A DNA stretch of 64,000 nucleotides from an uncultured Candidatus Saccharibacteria bacterium. Lineage in GTDB: Bacteria > Patescibacteriota > Minisyncoccia > Phycocordibacterales > UBA1550. This document shows, piece after piece, positions 9,727-19,588 of the stretch. The stretch lies in assembly GCA_964642305.1 (NCBI GenBank), contig CAZXOE010000005.1:13369-77368 (forward strand), written 5' to 3'. The notes under the pieces were generated by a model. The model was not told where the DNA came from and made no database searches. It saw only the letters and a list, made by a program, of their open reading frames with translations. Within the stretch, counting starts at the first letter, position 1, and the number at the start of each line of letters is the position of its first letter. The translations under genes and the position numbers were made by a program.

Positions 9727-10068
9727 CTACTCTTCCTTGCGTCGCAGATCCCCTCGGCCCCAATAAGTAAGTTCTCCGTTTGAAAGATTTGCTGCAAAAT
9801 CTTCAAGGGAGAGCTCCTGTGCCTCAACTTTACCAAGGATGCCATAACCGAAAAAGTCACTTTCTGTTTTTCCACAGACAGTGCAAACCCTTAGTCGCGC
9901 ACGCCCCGTGCCAACATTTGTAAACCGCTCGGGAGATTCAATTACCGTGCCGACGTGTTGGCAACGCTCCTGCATTTCGGCATAGAGGGCAGTTCTTTCT
10001 GTCGCGAGTGCTTCGATTTCATCATCTATCACAGCAACTCTTCTCTTACTCTTGTCCAAATCATACAT
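9727..10068 (-). CDS. Hypothetical protein
   Basis: 113 aa ORF. Confidence 0.35.
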   Translation of the reverse strand: MYDLDKSKRRVAVIDDEIEALATERTALYAEMQERCQHVGTVIESPERFTNVGTGRARLRVCTVCGKTESDFFGYGILGKVEAQELSLEDFAANLSNGELTYWGRGDLRRKEE

Positions 10069-10158
10069 GACCTTCTCCTTTCGCTAAATAAAGTCCAAAC
10101 CAAAAGTCTTAAACCTCTGGCACCTACCTGTGACACTACCACAAAGAAACAATTTTGT

Positions 10159-10920
10159 CTACGCTGCGAGCCAGCCACCGTCCACATAGAGAGTTGCGCC
10201 AGTCACATAACTTGCTTCGTCTGATGCGAGGAAAACTACCGCCGCGGAAACTTCTTCTGGGCGACCCATGCGTTTAAGAGGCACTCCTGCGAGCATTGCG
10301 TCCATGACCTCCTTTGGTAAACTTGCCGCCTGCACCATTGGTGTATCTATAGCTCCAGGTCCGATTGCGTTAACATTTATTCCAAGTGGCGCGAGCTCCA
10401 CCGCGAGAGTTTCGGTGAGTCCGATTATGCCACCTTTTGACGCTGTATAGTGCGCGCCTCCTGCAATACCTACGCCAACACCACCTGAGGCAATTGATGT
10501 GATATTGATAATGCGCCCCCAATTATTTTTCGCCATCTCTTTTGCGGCGCGCTGAGCGCAGTGGAAGTATCCTTTCAGATTGATATCAATAGTTCTATCC
10601 CAATCCTCCTCCGTCATTTCCAAAAACGGTTTGGACTGGTAAATACCCGCATTGTTCACCAATATGTCCAAGCGTCCGTATTTAGCAATCACTTGGTCAA
10701 ACACACTCTCCACATCTGTCTTGCTTGAAATATCCATCTTGAAACAAATCACATCACCACCTGCCGAGCGCACCTCATCGGCAACAAGCTCGCACTCCGC
10801 GAGGTCAATATCTGTAATAACCACCTTCGCCCCCTGCCCCGCAAGCGCGAGTGCATGCGTGCGCCCCATCCCCCTTCTGGCCCCCGTAACTAGTGCCACT
10901 TTATTTTGTAGATTGAACAT
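10159..10920 (-). CDS. Short-chain dehydrogenase/reductase (FabG-like)
   Basis: TGxxxGxG (VTGARRGMG), NNAG, and YxxxK catalytic motif (YTASKGG). Confidence 0.85.
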   Translation of the reverse strand: MFNLQNKVALVTGARRGMGRTHALALAGQGAKVVITDIDLAECELVADEVRSAGGDVICFKMDISSKTDVESVFDQVIAKYGRLDILVNNAGIYQSKPFLEMTEEDWDRTIDINLKGYFHCAQRAAKEMAKNNWGRIINITSIASGGVGVGIAGGAHYTASKGGIIGLTETLAVELAPLGINVNAIGPGAIDTPMVQAASLPKEVMDAMLAGVPLKRMGRPEEVSAAVVFLASDEASYVTGATLYVDGGWLAA

Positions 10921-10998
10921 GATGTTAAAAATTAAATGCCCATTGTTAATACCTATATTGTACCACTATTCGACAAAATCTTGTGCTACTATATTAGG

Positions 10999-11187
10999 AT
11001 GAAGACAACTAAAGATACAGATGATATAAAAGAGGTAAAATCTTTAATCAAGAAAATCAAAAAAGGATACGGGAAACCATGCCCCGAGTTAAATGTAGAG
11101 TGTGCCGCTTGCAAAGCAACAATTCTCATCGCATATCTCAACTGGCATTTGGATAACTTAACATGGTCTGACAAACCTTCAAAATAA
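10999..11187 (+). CDS. Small hypothetical protein with a Cys motif (CPx5ECAAC)
   Basis: 62 aa ORF starting at an internal Met; weak call. Confidence 0.25.
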   Translation: MKTTKDTDDIKEVKSLIKKIKKGYGKPCPELNVECAACKATILIAYLNWHLDNLTWSDKPSK

Positions 11188-11395
11188 CCCGACACGCTGT
11201 TAGTTTCCTTATTTTGTAGGAATATGTTATAATGTCTGTGTGAAAATGAGTATTAAAACCAACAAAGAGGCAGGTAATAAATCCTTTTCTGTTCGTAATC
11301 TAGACAAAGGGAGAATAAAAGCTCGCTCTTTTGATACCATAAGGACTTCTTTCTCTATTGAGGGAATCCGTTTTACTGACGAACGGTTTAATGAC

Positions 11396-11998
11396 CTAAA
11401 GACTGGTCATCTGCAAAAATAAACTCTCCATTAGTTTGTGCTCCTTTTGAGCAGCCTGCTGAACAGCAGCAATGTATGTTTTTAAATTTTTATCTAAAAT
11501 ACTAAAATCAAGCTCCTCCCCCGTCTTTGACAGATAAATCATATTCGTAAACAATCGTATTGTTCTTCCGTTCCCCTCTCTAAACGGATGTATGAACAGC
11601 AACTCAGCGTGCATCCTCGCAAGCTGAACAGGTAATTCATCATCTGGTACATTTTTAAGTGGATCTAAAAACTCAATCTCGAAATCCTGCATTAACTGGG
11701 GCAGGAATCCTGCGGACGGAAAGGAGAAGTTGTCTTTGGACATATTAACCGTCCTCAACTTTCCCGCAAAACTATATAATGTGCCAAAAGCATTTTTATG
11801 CAAATTATATAAATACCTAAGGTTAAATTGAATATCGTCAGTCAATTCATCGACCGCAATATTGTGAGCATTAACAAACCCAAGAAACTCTGCTTCTGCA
11901 ATCTCTTCTGGCGTGGTTAACCCTAGTAAATTTGGCAAAACCTCACCCCCTGCTTCATTGTCTGAAACGGTGTATTTGTTGATAGGCGGAGTAGTCAT
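11396..11998 (-). CDS. Fic/Doc family protein
   Basis: Fic motif HPFREGNGRTIRL. Confidence 0.8.
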   Translation of the reverse strand: MTTPPINKYTVSDNEAGGEVLPNLLGLTTPEEIAEAEFLGFVNAHNIAVDELTDDIQFNLRYLYNLHKNAFGTLYSFAGKLRTVNMSKDNFSFPSAGFLPQLMQDFEIEFLDPLKNVPDDELPVQLARMHAELLFIHPFREGNGRTIRLFTNMIYLSKTGEELDFSILDKNLKTYIAAVQQAAQKEHKLMESLFLQMTSL

Positions 11999-12060
11999 AC
12001 GAATTATTATACCCCCACACCTACTTTATTGATAGTCGAAAATTGGTGTGGGGGTATGCT
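11999..12060 (-). promoter_or_regulatory. Conserved upstream module: inverted repeat CCCCCACACC / GGTGTGGGGG plus TATAATAAT abutting the Fic ATG
   Basis: 25 nt ATTATTATACCCCCACACCTACTTT is identical to 45321-45345, which also abuts a start codon. Confidence 0.5.
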
Positions 12061-12089
12061 ACTTTCAAAAAAGGAAAGTAGGGGAAATC

Positions 12090-12122
12090 AAAAATACCGC
12101 ACGAATGCGGTATTCTTTTTTG
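12090..12122. terminator. Hairpin terminator
   Basis: AATACCGCA-CGAA-TGCGGTATT flanked by A and T runs. Confidence 0.7.
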
Positions 12123-12136
12123 CTCATAAACATGTA

Positions 12137-13054
12137 TCAAGCGTTACAACTCCCTCCGCTTTGCTGTTTAGGCATTGTTACTTTTGAGGCGATTTGCGCA
12201 TAACCAGTCGCGCTTGAATAATTAATCCCAAGCACTTCCTGTGGCGACACATCCTTCCATAGAACACCTTCATTTTTCATATAGGTTGCTATTGTTAGAT
12301 ACGTATCAGGAAACCAGTAGGAATTGACAACCAAGGCAGTCCTCCACATCTCCTGCTCACTCGCCCCTTGCGAAGCCATTAGTTCCAGTAGTCCGAGCAT
12401 TGCCATGCCATGATTGCAATCGGGAAAGTGTGTAGAGTTGCCACAACATGGTCTATATATCCCTCTCGACACTTTGTCCACAAGCGCCTGTTGCTCTGTT
12501 GTTAATTCAAAGAACACATGCTTGCTGTAGTGCTCCATAGCGTTCCCTTTTGAGAGCGTCCATCCGCCCGTTGAGGCAAAATTTCCAGCTCCACCATACG
12601 CAATGTCCGCCATTTCACCAGAATCCAAAATAGAATTTTTGCTTGCAAGACCAAGCGCCCAAAACAGATTAAGGAGATATCCAGCGTTGTCTTTCGTTAT
12701 TTTAAGATTACCATTGCTTTGCCCGAGAAGCAGAATTTCGTATTCATCTGTAAATACACCTCTCTGCTCGTACATCGCTTTGAACTTATCAGCGTCTATC
12801 GCTCCAACTTCAACAAGTTTTGAACCTAAATTACCCCACACTACTTGCAATGGAACCCCACCGTGTGGCAGCACTGTTTCCTTTGAAACATGCGTTTGTG
12901 TTTCTGCTACCACCGAGGCATATTTCTTCTGAATGCTCGACACACTACTAAACCCTCCGACGTACATTACGCCAGTAAAAATTACTGAGGCAATTACCAC
13001 ACTGGCAACGGTTGTTATGATGGGTGATATTTTGTTCTGTGTTTCGTTTTCCAT
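12137..13054 (-). CDS. Hypothetical membrane-anchored extracytoplasmic protein with a Cys/His-rich motif (RPCCGNSTHFPDCNHGMAM)
   Basis: 305 aa with an N-terminal TM. Confidence 0.45.
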   Translation of the reverse strand: MENETQNKISPIITTVASVVIASVIFTGVMYVGGFSSVSSIQKKYASVVAETQTHVSKETVLPHGGVPLQVVWGNLGSKLVEVGAIDADKFKAMYEQRGVFTDEYEILLLGQSNGNLKITKDNAGYLLNLFWALGLASKNSILDSGEMADIAYGGAGNFASTGGWTLSKGNAMEHYSKHVFFELTTEQQALVDKVSRGIYRPCCGNSTHFPDCNHGMAMLGLLELMASQGASEQEMWRTALVVNSYWFPDTYLTIATYMKNEGVLWKDVSPQEVLGINYSSATGYAQIASKVTMPKQQSGGSCNA

Positions 13055-13057
13055 AAT

Positions 13058-14611
13058 TTATGGTGTGACGTTTATATCAAGCTCTAGTTTCAGTGTCGGT
13101 GTTATCGCAGAGTCAGTCTCAATGTAGACGACTTTTTTTGCAGGGCCCGTTCCTTGTGGCCCGTGCGCTGCTGGGTCTACTAATACTTCAATGTTTATTT
13201 CTTGACCAGCTTTTACAGTCTCGAAAGCGAGAGACTTTCCTCCATGCCCTGGCATTCCAAACGGCCCCTTGCGCGACGTACCATTTACAATCGTGGCTTC
13301 TGTACACATACAAGATGTGTACACTTTACCAATTTTTAGTGGTGTGCTTCCAGTATTTTTCACCACAAACGAGTGACTGACCTTTCCTTCTGCCATTGAG
13401 ACAGTGCCGAGATCAAAAGTTTTTTCAGTAGCCACTAGTTCGCTGTAATTCCCTTTGCCAACAATTGATCGGTCACCATACCATATACTAATTCCGTTTG
13501 GTGACTTACCTACATTTATCTTTGCAATTTCCTTTTCCATAGAGGTGTCTATTACCGACACGTCATCGCTCTTTAGGTTGGCAACATACACAAACCTTCC
13601 GTCCTTAGAAACGACAACCCCATGAGGAGCCGAGCCGGCAAGAATTGTCTCTGTTACTCTCATTTCTATTAGGTCAATTTTATATACATTGTTACTGACT
13701 GGCTGATCAAAGTAAAAACCTTGGTCGGCAACATAAACAAAGCGAGAATCGGGTGTTGGATAAATCTGCACTGGACCCTTCGCCTCTTTTGGCAAATCAA
13801 TGTAGCTCAATTCTGAGGAAGCTGTATCATAGACTGCCAAAGTTTTTGCGTCATACACTGAAGCCAGCGCGTATTTTCCGTCTGGTGTCACCCCCGTCTG
13901 TACAGCCGCCCCTTTAAGCGGTATATCCTTCATTGTGAAGCTTGCAATATCAAGGACCCCCATACTTTTCCCCGCAACCATCGCAATGTATGCGGTTTTA
14001 CCATCAGGAGAAATACGAAGCCCGTGAGGTTCGCCACCTTTTTTTGTGAATACATTCTTTTCTACCTCAAATGAAGAAGTATTAATTTTGTACACAATCC
14101 CCTTTTTCTGAGAAGCAACAATCGCATACGCACTATCCGGCGTCAGAGAAACGTGCGAAAGGTGTAATCCTTGCCCGAGCTCAATTCTTTTCACAATTAC
14201 ATCTGAGAATGGGTCAATAACGATTACTTCATCCATAATTTCGATAGGTATCGCAACCTCATCACCATGCCCTGTGTCCGCATACGCTATAGGTATTATT
14301 CGGAACGACACCTCCTTTTCTTCAACAGCATTGGCAGTTACCCATACGCTTTTGTTATCGGGAGCGACTTGCACATTGTGAGGCATGTAGCCCACAGTCA
14401 TACCGTTCTTGTCTTCCGACAAATCAATTCTTTTCAAAACTTGATTCGTCTTCGTGTCTATTACCGCTATTTCCCCAGCGCCTTCAATAGCGACGTAAAT
14501 CTTGTTACTATTTCCAGAAACAATATTGTCATTCCCTTGATTCCCCAAATAAATAAGCGCCCCAATCCCTACAATCGCAATCAATGCGATAAGAATTTTG
14601 ATATTTTTCAT
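13058..14611 (-). CDS. YVTN-type beta-propeller repeat protein with a C-terminal DUF1573-like domain
   Basis: Repeated SPDGK..Y / PHGL motifs; C-terminal FDLGTV...CMCT pattern; N-terminal TM. Confidence 0.5.
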   Translation of the reverse strand: MKNIKILIALIAIVGIGALIYLGNQGNDNIVSGNSNKIYVAIEGAGEIAVIDTKTNQVLKRIDLSEDKNGMTVGYMPHNVQVAPDNKSVWVTANAVEEKEVSFRIIPIAYADTGHGDEVAIPIEIMDEVIVIDPFSDVIVKRIELGQGLHLSHVSLTPDSAYAIVASQKKGIVYKINTSSFEVEKNVFTKKGGEPHGLRISPDGKTAYIAMVAGKSMGVLDIASFTMKDIPLKGAAVQTGVTPDGKYALASVYDAKTLAVYDTASSELSYIDLPKEAKGPVQIYPTPDSRFVYVADQGFYFDQPVSNNVYKIDLIEMRVTETILAGSAPHGVVVSKDGRFVYVANLKSDDVSVIDTSMEKEIAKINVGKSPNGISIWYGDRSIVGKGNYSELVATEKTFDLGTVSMAEGKVSHSFVVKNTGSTPLKIGKVYTSCMCTEATIVNGTSRKGPFGMPGHGGKSLAFETVKAGQEINIEVLVDPAAHGPQGTGPAKKVVYIETDSAITPTLKLELDINVTP

Positions 14612-14643
14612 TTTTTTAATAATTTAGTTTGTTAAAAAACACA

Positions 14644-15051
14644 CTAAATCATTGACGGGCTGTTTACCAATAATGAAAGCCAGCGAGTAAGCGCCTGTGG
14701 CCTGTATAATTTCGCAACAAAATCACGAGACAAAATAAATAGTGATACAAGCAGAAGACGTATTGATGCAAAATATTTGCGAAACACGTATGACACCACG
14801 ACAAAAAGTAGGGCGATCAACAACACCTGCGTTACAACAGAAGAGACGAGGTTGTTTGTAAAAGCTTGATACATTGAAAGATAGTGGGAAACAACTGACA
14901 AATCGCCTGTTGGACAAACTGAAGTATGAAGCGGTGACGCTGGGCAGTCTCCACTCACTGATAAGCCCTGACTATGGTTCATAGCAGATATACTGAAAAA
15001 AGCTCCACCTATGAAGCCTGCGAGAACAATTAATGTTAGAAACTTTTTCAT
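14644..15051 (-). CDS. Hypothetical membrane protein with Cys motifs (CPASPLHTSVCP)
   Basis: 135 aa; signal peptide or TM plus two TM segments. Confidence 0.4.
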   Translation of the reverse strand: MKKFLTLIVLAGFIGGAFFSISAMNHSQGLSVSGDCPASPLHTSVCPTGDLSVVSHYLSMYQAFTNNLVSSVVTQVLLIALLFVVVSYVFRKYFASIRLLLVSLFILSRDFVAKLYRPQALTRWLSLLVNSPSMI

Positions 15052-15689
15052 ACGGCAATGATATCACCACGTTTCCTAAAATACAAATATATAGTAACGC
15101 TCAAAACCGCCGCAAAAAAGCACCACACTGATACATAAGAAGCAGTATAGAAATAGTATGTTGCAGCAAAAGACACACCTACAAGGACGCCAAGGATATT
15201 AATAACCCTGTGACTAGATAGTAGTGGACTGACACAGGTTGCAAGCAAATACATCCCGACTAAAAGGACTCCGTATTGCGATGGCATTGAGTAAACGATG
15301 CTTTTGTTTACTATTTGCGAAGCCACTGGATTGCTCAAAATAAAATACATGAGGTACGAACCTACAGCGAGCCCGATAAACTGAAATGCGTACAATATGT
15401 TTTTGCGGCGAGGATCAGTTTCTAGGAGCCCCACAGAAAGTGGCACGAATATCGGCCATAGCACATACGCAAAACCAAGATACGCATAAGTTGCCATCTG
15501 ATTAAAAATTTGCGCGCTGTATTGAAATGAAAGCCATACAGCTCCTTCAACAAACTGCTGTACACCAAACAAAAGCGGTATTGTCGCAAACGGAATTTCC
15601 GATTTTGTTTTCGCCTTTTTGATAGTTACGGCTCCTGTTGCGGACAACACCGTCCCTGCCACAAAACTCGCTGTTACAGAAAAACACAT
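15048..15689 (-). CDS. Hypothetical polytopic membrane protein
   Basis: 213 aa with about 6 TM; overlaps neighbours by 4 nt (operon-like). Confidence 0.4.
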   Translation of the reverse strand: MCFSVTASFVAGTVLSATGAVTIKKAKTKSEIPFATIPLLFGVQQFVEGAVWLSFQYSAQIFNQMATYAYLGFAYVLWPIFVPLSVGLLETDPRRKNILYAFQFIGLAVGSYLMYFILSNPVASQIVNKSIVYSMPSQYGVLLVGMYLLATCVSPLLSSHRVINILGVLVGVSFAATYYFYTASYVSVWCFFAAVLSVTIYLYFRKRGDIIAV

Positions 15690-15694
15690 ATTGA

Positions 15695-17836
15695 TTAGAT
15701 AATACTCAAATTATTCCTCCTGAGCAAGAGCGCGTTTAGCGCCACGATGACTGTAGACACGCTCATAAATACCGCCGCGACTGCAGGTTGCAAAATGACA
15801 CCTTTGTATGCGAGAACACCTGCGGCGAGTGGAAGCGCCAAGAGGTTGTAGCCTGTCGCCCAAAAAAGATTTTGTATCATCTTTGTGTATGTGAGCTGTG
15901 AGAGGCGAATGATTTTTGGAATATCACGCGGGTCGTTACGCACTAAAATAATTCCTGCCGATTCTATCGCAACATTGGTGCCGGCTCCAATGGCGATGCC
16001 GAGGTCAGACTGTGTGAGCGCTGGCGCGTCATTTACCCCATCCCCAACCATTGCGACTTTGTGTCCCTGCGCTTGAAGGATTTTTACTTTTTCAGATTTT
16101 TCACTTGGAAGCACCCGCGCAAAGTATTCGTCAATGCCGAGCTCATGCGCAACCCATTTTGCCGTATCTGGCGAATCCCCTGTAATCATTGCCGTACGAA
16201 TACCGAGCTCACGTAGAGACTGTATCGCCTCACGAGATTCCTCACGAATAATATCCGCAAGAGCGACCGCTCCCACGAGGCGCCCCTGCGACGCTACAAA
16301 AATAACTGTCTTCCCTTCACTTTCAAGCGCGCGGGTTTTTACAAGAAACCCATCTGCGACAACAATAGTCACTTCGTTCATAAACGCTTCATTTCCAATG
16401 AGCACTGTCTCTCCGCCCACATCTCCACGCGCGCCTTTGCCTGCAACACGCTCAAAACTTTTCATCGATCCTAGCACAACCCCGCGCTTGCGAGCCTCAT
16501 CAACAATCGCTTTTGCAAGGGGGTGCTCGGAACCTTGATCAAGTCCTGCGCCTTTTTCAAGAACATCAATATCATTAAATGAACCTGCGGGAATAATTGA
16601 GTGTACGCCAAAAGCTCCCTCTGTAAGCGTTCCTGTTTTATCAAAAAGCACAATGTCTATAGTACGCGCCGACTCAAGAGCGATACGCTGCCGCACTAAG
16701 AATCCGTTCTGCGCTGCCATTGTGGTAGAAATAGAGGCAACGAGTGGCACTGCAAGACCGAGAGCATGCGGGCAAGCAATAACCAATACAGCGACAAGAC
16801 GCTCAGTTGCAAACACTATTCCAGCATTTGCAAAAAACCATGTGATAAATGTAGCCGTTCCAGCAAGAACCGCAATCACTGTCAAATACAGCGCTGCTCT
16901 GTCGGACAAAACCTGCAGTCGTGATTTGCTTGCTTGCGCATCCGCCACTAAACGCATCACACCAGACAAGAATGTTCCTTCGCCGATTTTCTTTACCTCT
17001 ATTGTAATGCTTCCATCGCCATTAATAGACCCAGCAATTACCTCGGAGCCGTTTTCTTTTAAAATAAGCTTTGATTCACCAGTGATTATAGATTCGTCAA
17101 GCTCCGAACGCCCTTCCACAACAACACCGTCGGCAGGAACCTTTGCGCCCGGACGCACGAGCACGCGGTCACCGACAACAAGACTCGCAAGTGGAGTCGT
17201 CTCAGTTTTCCCTCCTCGCAATACTTCCGCAGTGTCTGGTAGAAGCTTTGAGAGTTCCTTGAGCGCACCTTGCGCACCCTTAACAGCTTTCATCTCTATC
17301 CAGTGCCCAAGAAGCATTACGGCAATAAGAGTGGAGAGCTCCCAGAAGAGCGTGTGAGGACTTCCTGTAAGGACAGAAAAAATACTGAACGAATATGCCG
17401 CCGTAATCGCAAGCGCGATGAGTGTCATCATCCCGGGGAGTCGCGCGCGAATTTCACGGTATGCGCCGAGAAGAAACACCGAACCACCATAAAAAAATAC
17501 GATTGAACCTAGCACAAGTATTGCGTACTGCACACCAAGAAACTGTGGTGGCTCCCACTTGAACGCAATAGCAAAAATTTCAGAGTAAACGAGAATTGGA
17601 ATCGTAAGCGCAAGCACTATCCAAAACTTCTTTAGAAAATCTTGTGTATGGTGCCCCGCATGCTTATCGTGCATTTCGGATACTGCATCTGACTTTATGA
17701 AGTTTTTAACTTGCGACTTTTTGACTACCAGTGTCATCCCACACTCGGGGCACATCCCAGGCTCTGCGCGCACAATGTTTGGGTGCATCGGGCAAGTATA
17801 TGTTACTCCATCCATGGTATCTATATAATACCACAC
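15695..17836 (-). CDS. Heavy-metal (copper) translocating P1B-type ATPase, CopB-like (CPH motif)
   Basis: DKTGTLT, GDGVNDAPAL, SEHPLA, TM6 CPH, N-terminal CPMHP...CPECGM and a His-rich stretch. Confidence 0.85.
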   Translation of the reverse strand: MWYYIDTMDGVTYTCPMHPNIVRAEPGMCPECGMTLVVKKSQVKNFIKSDAVSEMHDKHAGHHTQDFLKKFWIVLALTIPILVYSEIFAIAFKWEPPQFLGVQYAILVLGSIVFFYGGSVFLLGAYREIRARLPGMMTLIALAITAAYSFSIFSVLTGSPHTLFWELSTLIAVMLLGHWIEMKAVKGAQGALKELSKLLPDTAEVLRGGKTETTPLASLVVGDRVLVRPGAKVPADGVVVEGRSELDESIITGESKLILKENGSEVIAGSINGDGSITIEVKKIGEGTFLSGVMRLVADAQASKSRLQVLSDRAALYLTVIAVLAGTATFITWFFANAGIVFATERLVAVLVIACPHALGLAVPLVASISTTMAAQNGFLVRQRIALESARTIDIVLFDKTGTLTEGAFGVHSIIPAGSFNDIDVLEKGAGLDQGSEHPLAKAIVDEARKRGVVLGSMKSFERVAGKGARGDVGGETVLIGNEAFMNEVTIVVADGFLVKTRALESEGKTVIFVASQGRLVGAVALADIIREESREAIQSLRELGIRTAMITGDSPDTAKWVAHELGIDEYFARVLPSEKSEKVKILQAQGHKVAMVGDGVNDAPALTQSDLGIAIGAGTNVAIESAGIILVRNDPRDIPKIIRLSQLTYTKMIQNLFWATGYNLLALPLAAGVLAYKGVILQPAVAAVFMSVSTVIVALNALLLRRNNLSII

Positions 17837-17845
17837 GAGTAAAGA

Positions 17846-19537
17846 TTATTTACCCTCATTCTTTGGAGCATGCCCTAAAAGCGCGCGGGCTAGGCGAATG
17901 TGTAGAAACGACACGTTTGGCCCAACTTTATTTTTAATTGGCGTAAGTAGCGCTATCTTTCCGTCTTTTAAAAGTTCCGCTATGGCTTTTTCTATTTTTA
18001 AAAAATGCGCGTGCGAAATCTCATTTTTCATGTGTCGCATATCCACGCGCGACTCCTCTTCCATTAGCTTCTCTATGTGCGAGACAATTGTTTCGGCGGT
18101 CATCTCGCGAGCTTCCGCAATTTCCGCTAAACTTTTTTTCTCTGCAATGAGAGCCTCTGTCTCCTTGTGGGTCGCTATCTTCTTTTCTTTTTGTGGCGGA
18201 CGCGAGCGCGCAAGAAATTCCTCCTGAACTTTTGCAAGATCTTTCTTGTCCATTTTTTTCAACTCCTCTCGCGCCTCGGACGAAACTTGCTGAAAAGTCG
18301 CATCAAGCTCCCGCACTTCATCATGCACGCGAAGGGCATTTTCATTGATACCTAAAATAGTTAGCCCTTCAAGCGAGCGAACACGAGAGAGCGCCACATA
18401 TCCCATTCCAGGCTCAAATGATTTTGAGAGATCCACCTCCACGGCGTCTAGACTCATCCCCTGACTCTTGTGCACAGTTATCGCCCACGCGAGACGAAGC
18501 GGGTACTGCAAAATTTCTGCTTTTACTTTTCCATCTTCTTCAATTTTCCACGAGGCGCGGGGGATGCTGATTCTTTTGCCAGTAGCGGTGCGAATCACAG
18601 GATCTTCCATTTCGTCACACAACTCCACTACGCCCAGAGTGCCATTTACATACCCTGCTTCAAAATTGTTCTTTACACACATCACACGAGCGCCAACTTT
18701 CAGGCGAAGATTTTCTGGAGCAAGGCAAGATTTTTTTAAGGTTACTGCTATTGCCTCTTTACCACGACTCTCCATCACATAGGTAATGATCTCACCACTT
18801 TCAATACTATCCAACTCAGTGTCATTCAATGTATCCACGTCGGCATTGTGCGTAAAAAGTTTTGTTGATGTAGTAAATTTTGGAGAGCGCACATTGTGTC
18901 GCGAGCGAAGGTGCTCGCGTGTATTATCTGAAACTTCACCAGAGCGGATTTCGTTTAATATTGAAATAGCCACATCATCCTGCTGACGAAACTGCTCTGA
19001 TAGGTAGCAAATAGTAAATCCTGCTTCTCGCCAGGCGTCGCTTGCATACACAAACTGCGCAGGCGGTTCGCCGTGTCGCGCCACAGGTGGAAGCTGGAAA
19101 AAATCTCCGCACAAAATGACTTGGATTCCGCCAAATGGTTTTTGAGAGCTCTTCATTGTCTTAAGGACATTATTCACGAGGTCCAGACGGAAATGGTGAA
19201 GCATTGAGACCTCATCTATAATGAGCACTTTAACCTTTTCAAAACGCTTAAAGAGGTAGCTTTTTTCTAGCATTGCTTCTAGGTCGTACGGCGACAAGTG
19301 CGCTGATATGCCAATACCTGACCACGAGTGAATGGTTACCCCGCCCATGTGAGTCGCCGCAATCCCTGTTGATGCAGTAATCCCCATATCAATATCATTC
19401 TCGCGGAGATACGCAATATAGCGATTGATTAGGTGCGTTTTTCCGCTCCCGGCAGGCCCTGTTACAAAAACATTACGTCCTGTTTTTAATATTTCAAATG
19501 CTTCGTCTTGTGTCATACGATAGAGTGTAACATACAA
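17846..19537 (-). CDS. Pif1/RecD-like superfamily 1 DNA helicase
   Basis: Walker A GPAGSGKTH, IIDEVSML, CGDFFQLPPV. Confidence 0.8.
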   Translation of the reverse strand: MYVTLYRMTQDEAFEILKTGRNVFVTGPAGSGKTHLINRYIAYLRENDIDMGITASTGIAATHMGGVTIHSWSGIGISAHLSPYDLEAMLEKSYLFKRFEKVKVLIIDEVSMLHHFRLDLVNNVLKTMKSSQKPFGGIQVILCGDFFQLPPVARHGEPPAQFVYASDAWREAGFTICYLSEQFRQQDDVAISILNEIRSGEVSDNTREHLRSRHNVRSPKFTTSTKLFTHNADVDTLNDTELDSIESGEIITYVMESRGKEAIAVTLKKSCLAPENLRLKVGARVMCVKNNFEAGYVNGTLGVVELCDEMEDPVIRTATGKRISIPRASWKIEEDGKVKAEILQYPLRLAWAITVHKSQGMSLDAVEVDLSKSFEPGMGYVALSRVRSLEGLTILGINENALRVHDEVRELDATFQQVSSEAREELKKMDKKDLAKVQEEFLARSRPPQKEKKIATHKETEALIAEKKSLAEIAEAREMTAETIVSHIEKLMEEESRVDMRHMKNEISHAHFLKIEKAIAELLKDGKIALLTPIKNKVGPNVSFLHIRLARALLGHAPKNEGK

Positions 19538-19545
19538 AAAGCCTA

Positions 19546-19588
19546 CGCGAAGTGTAGGCTTTTTGTATGTTACTTGCTATTTATTCCA
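19546..19588. terminator. 18 bp-stem hairpin between the rhodanese gene end and the helicase gene start
   Basis: AACATACAAAAAGCCTAC-GCGAAGT-GTAGGCTTTTTGTATGTT. Confidence 0.7.

Noticed and set aside
11240-11422. 60 aa ORF convergent with and overlapping the Fic gene 3' end, considered as a Fic antitoxin
   Set aside because: It has no (S/T)xxxE(G/N) inhibitory motif, overlaps the Fic stop by 27 nt in antisense, and has no recognisable fold. Left uncalled.
16653-17357. 234 aa plus-strand ORF
   Set aside because: Entirely antisense to the well-supported copper P-type ATPase; its Ser/Thr/Ala/Pro/Arg-rich composition is typical of the reverse frame of a GC-richer gene.
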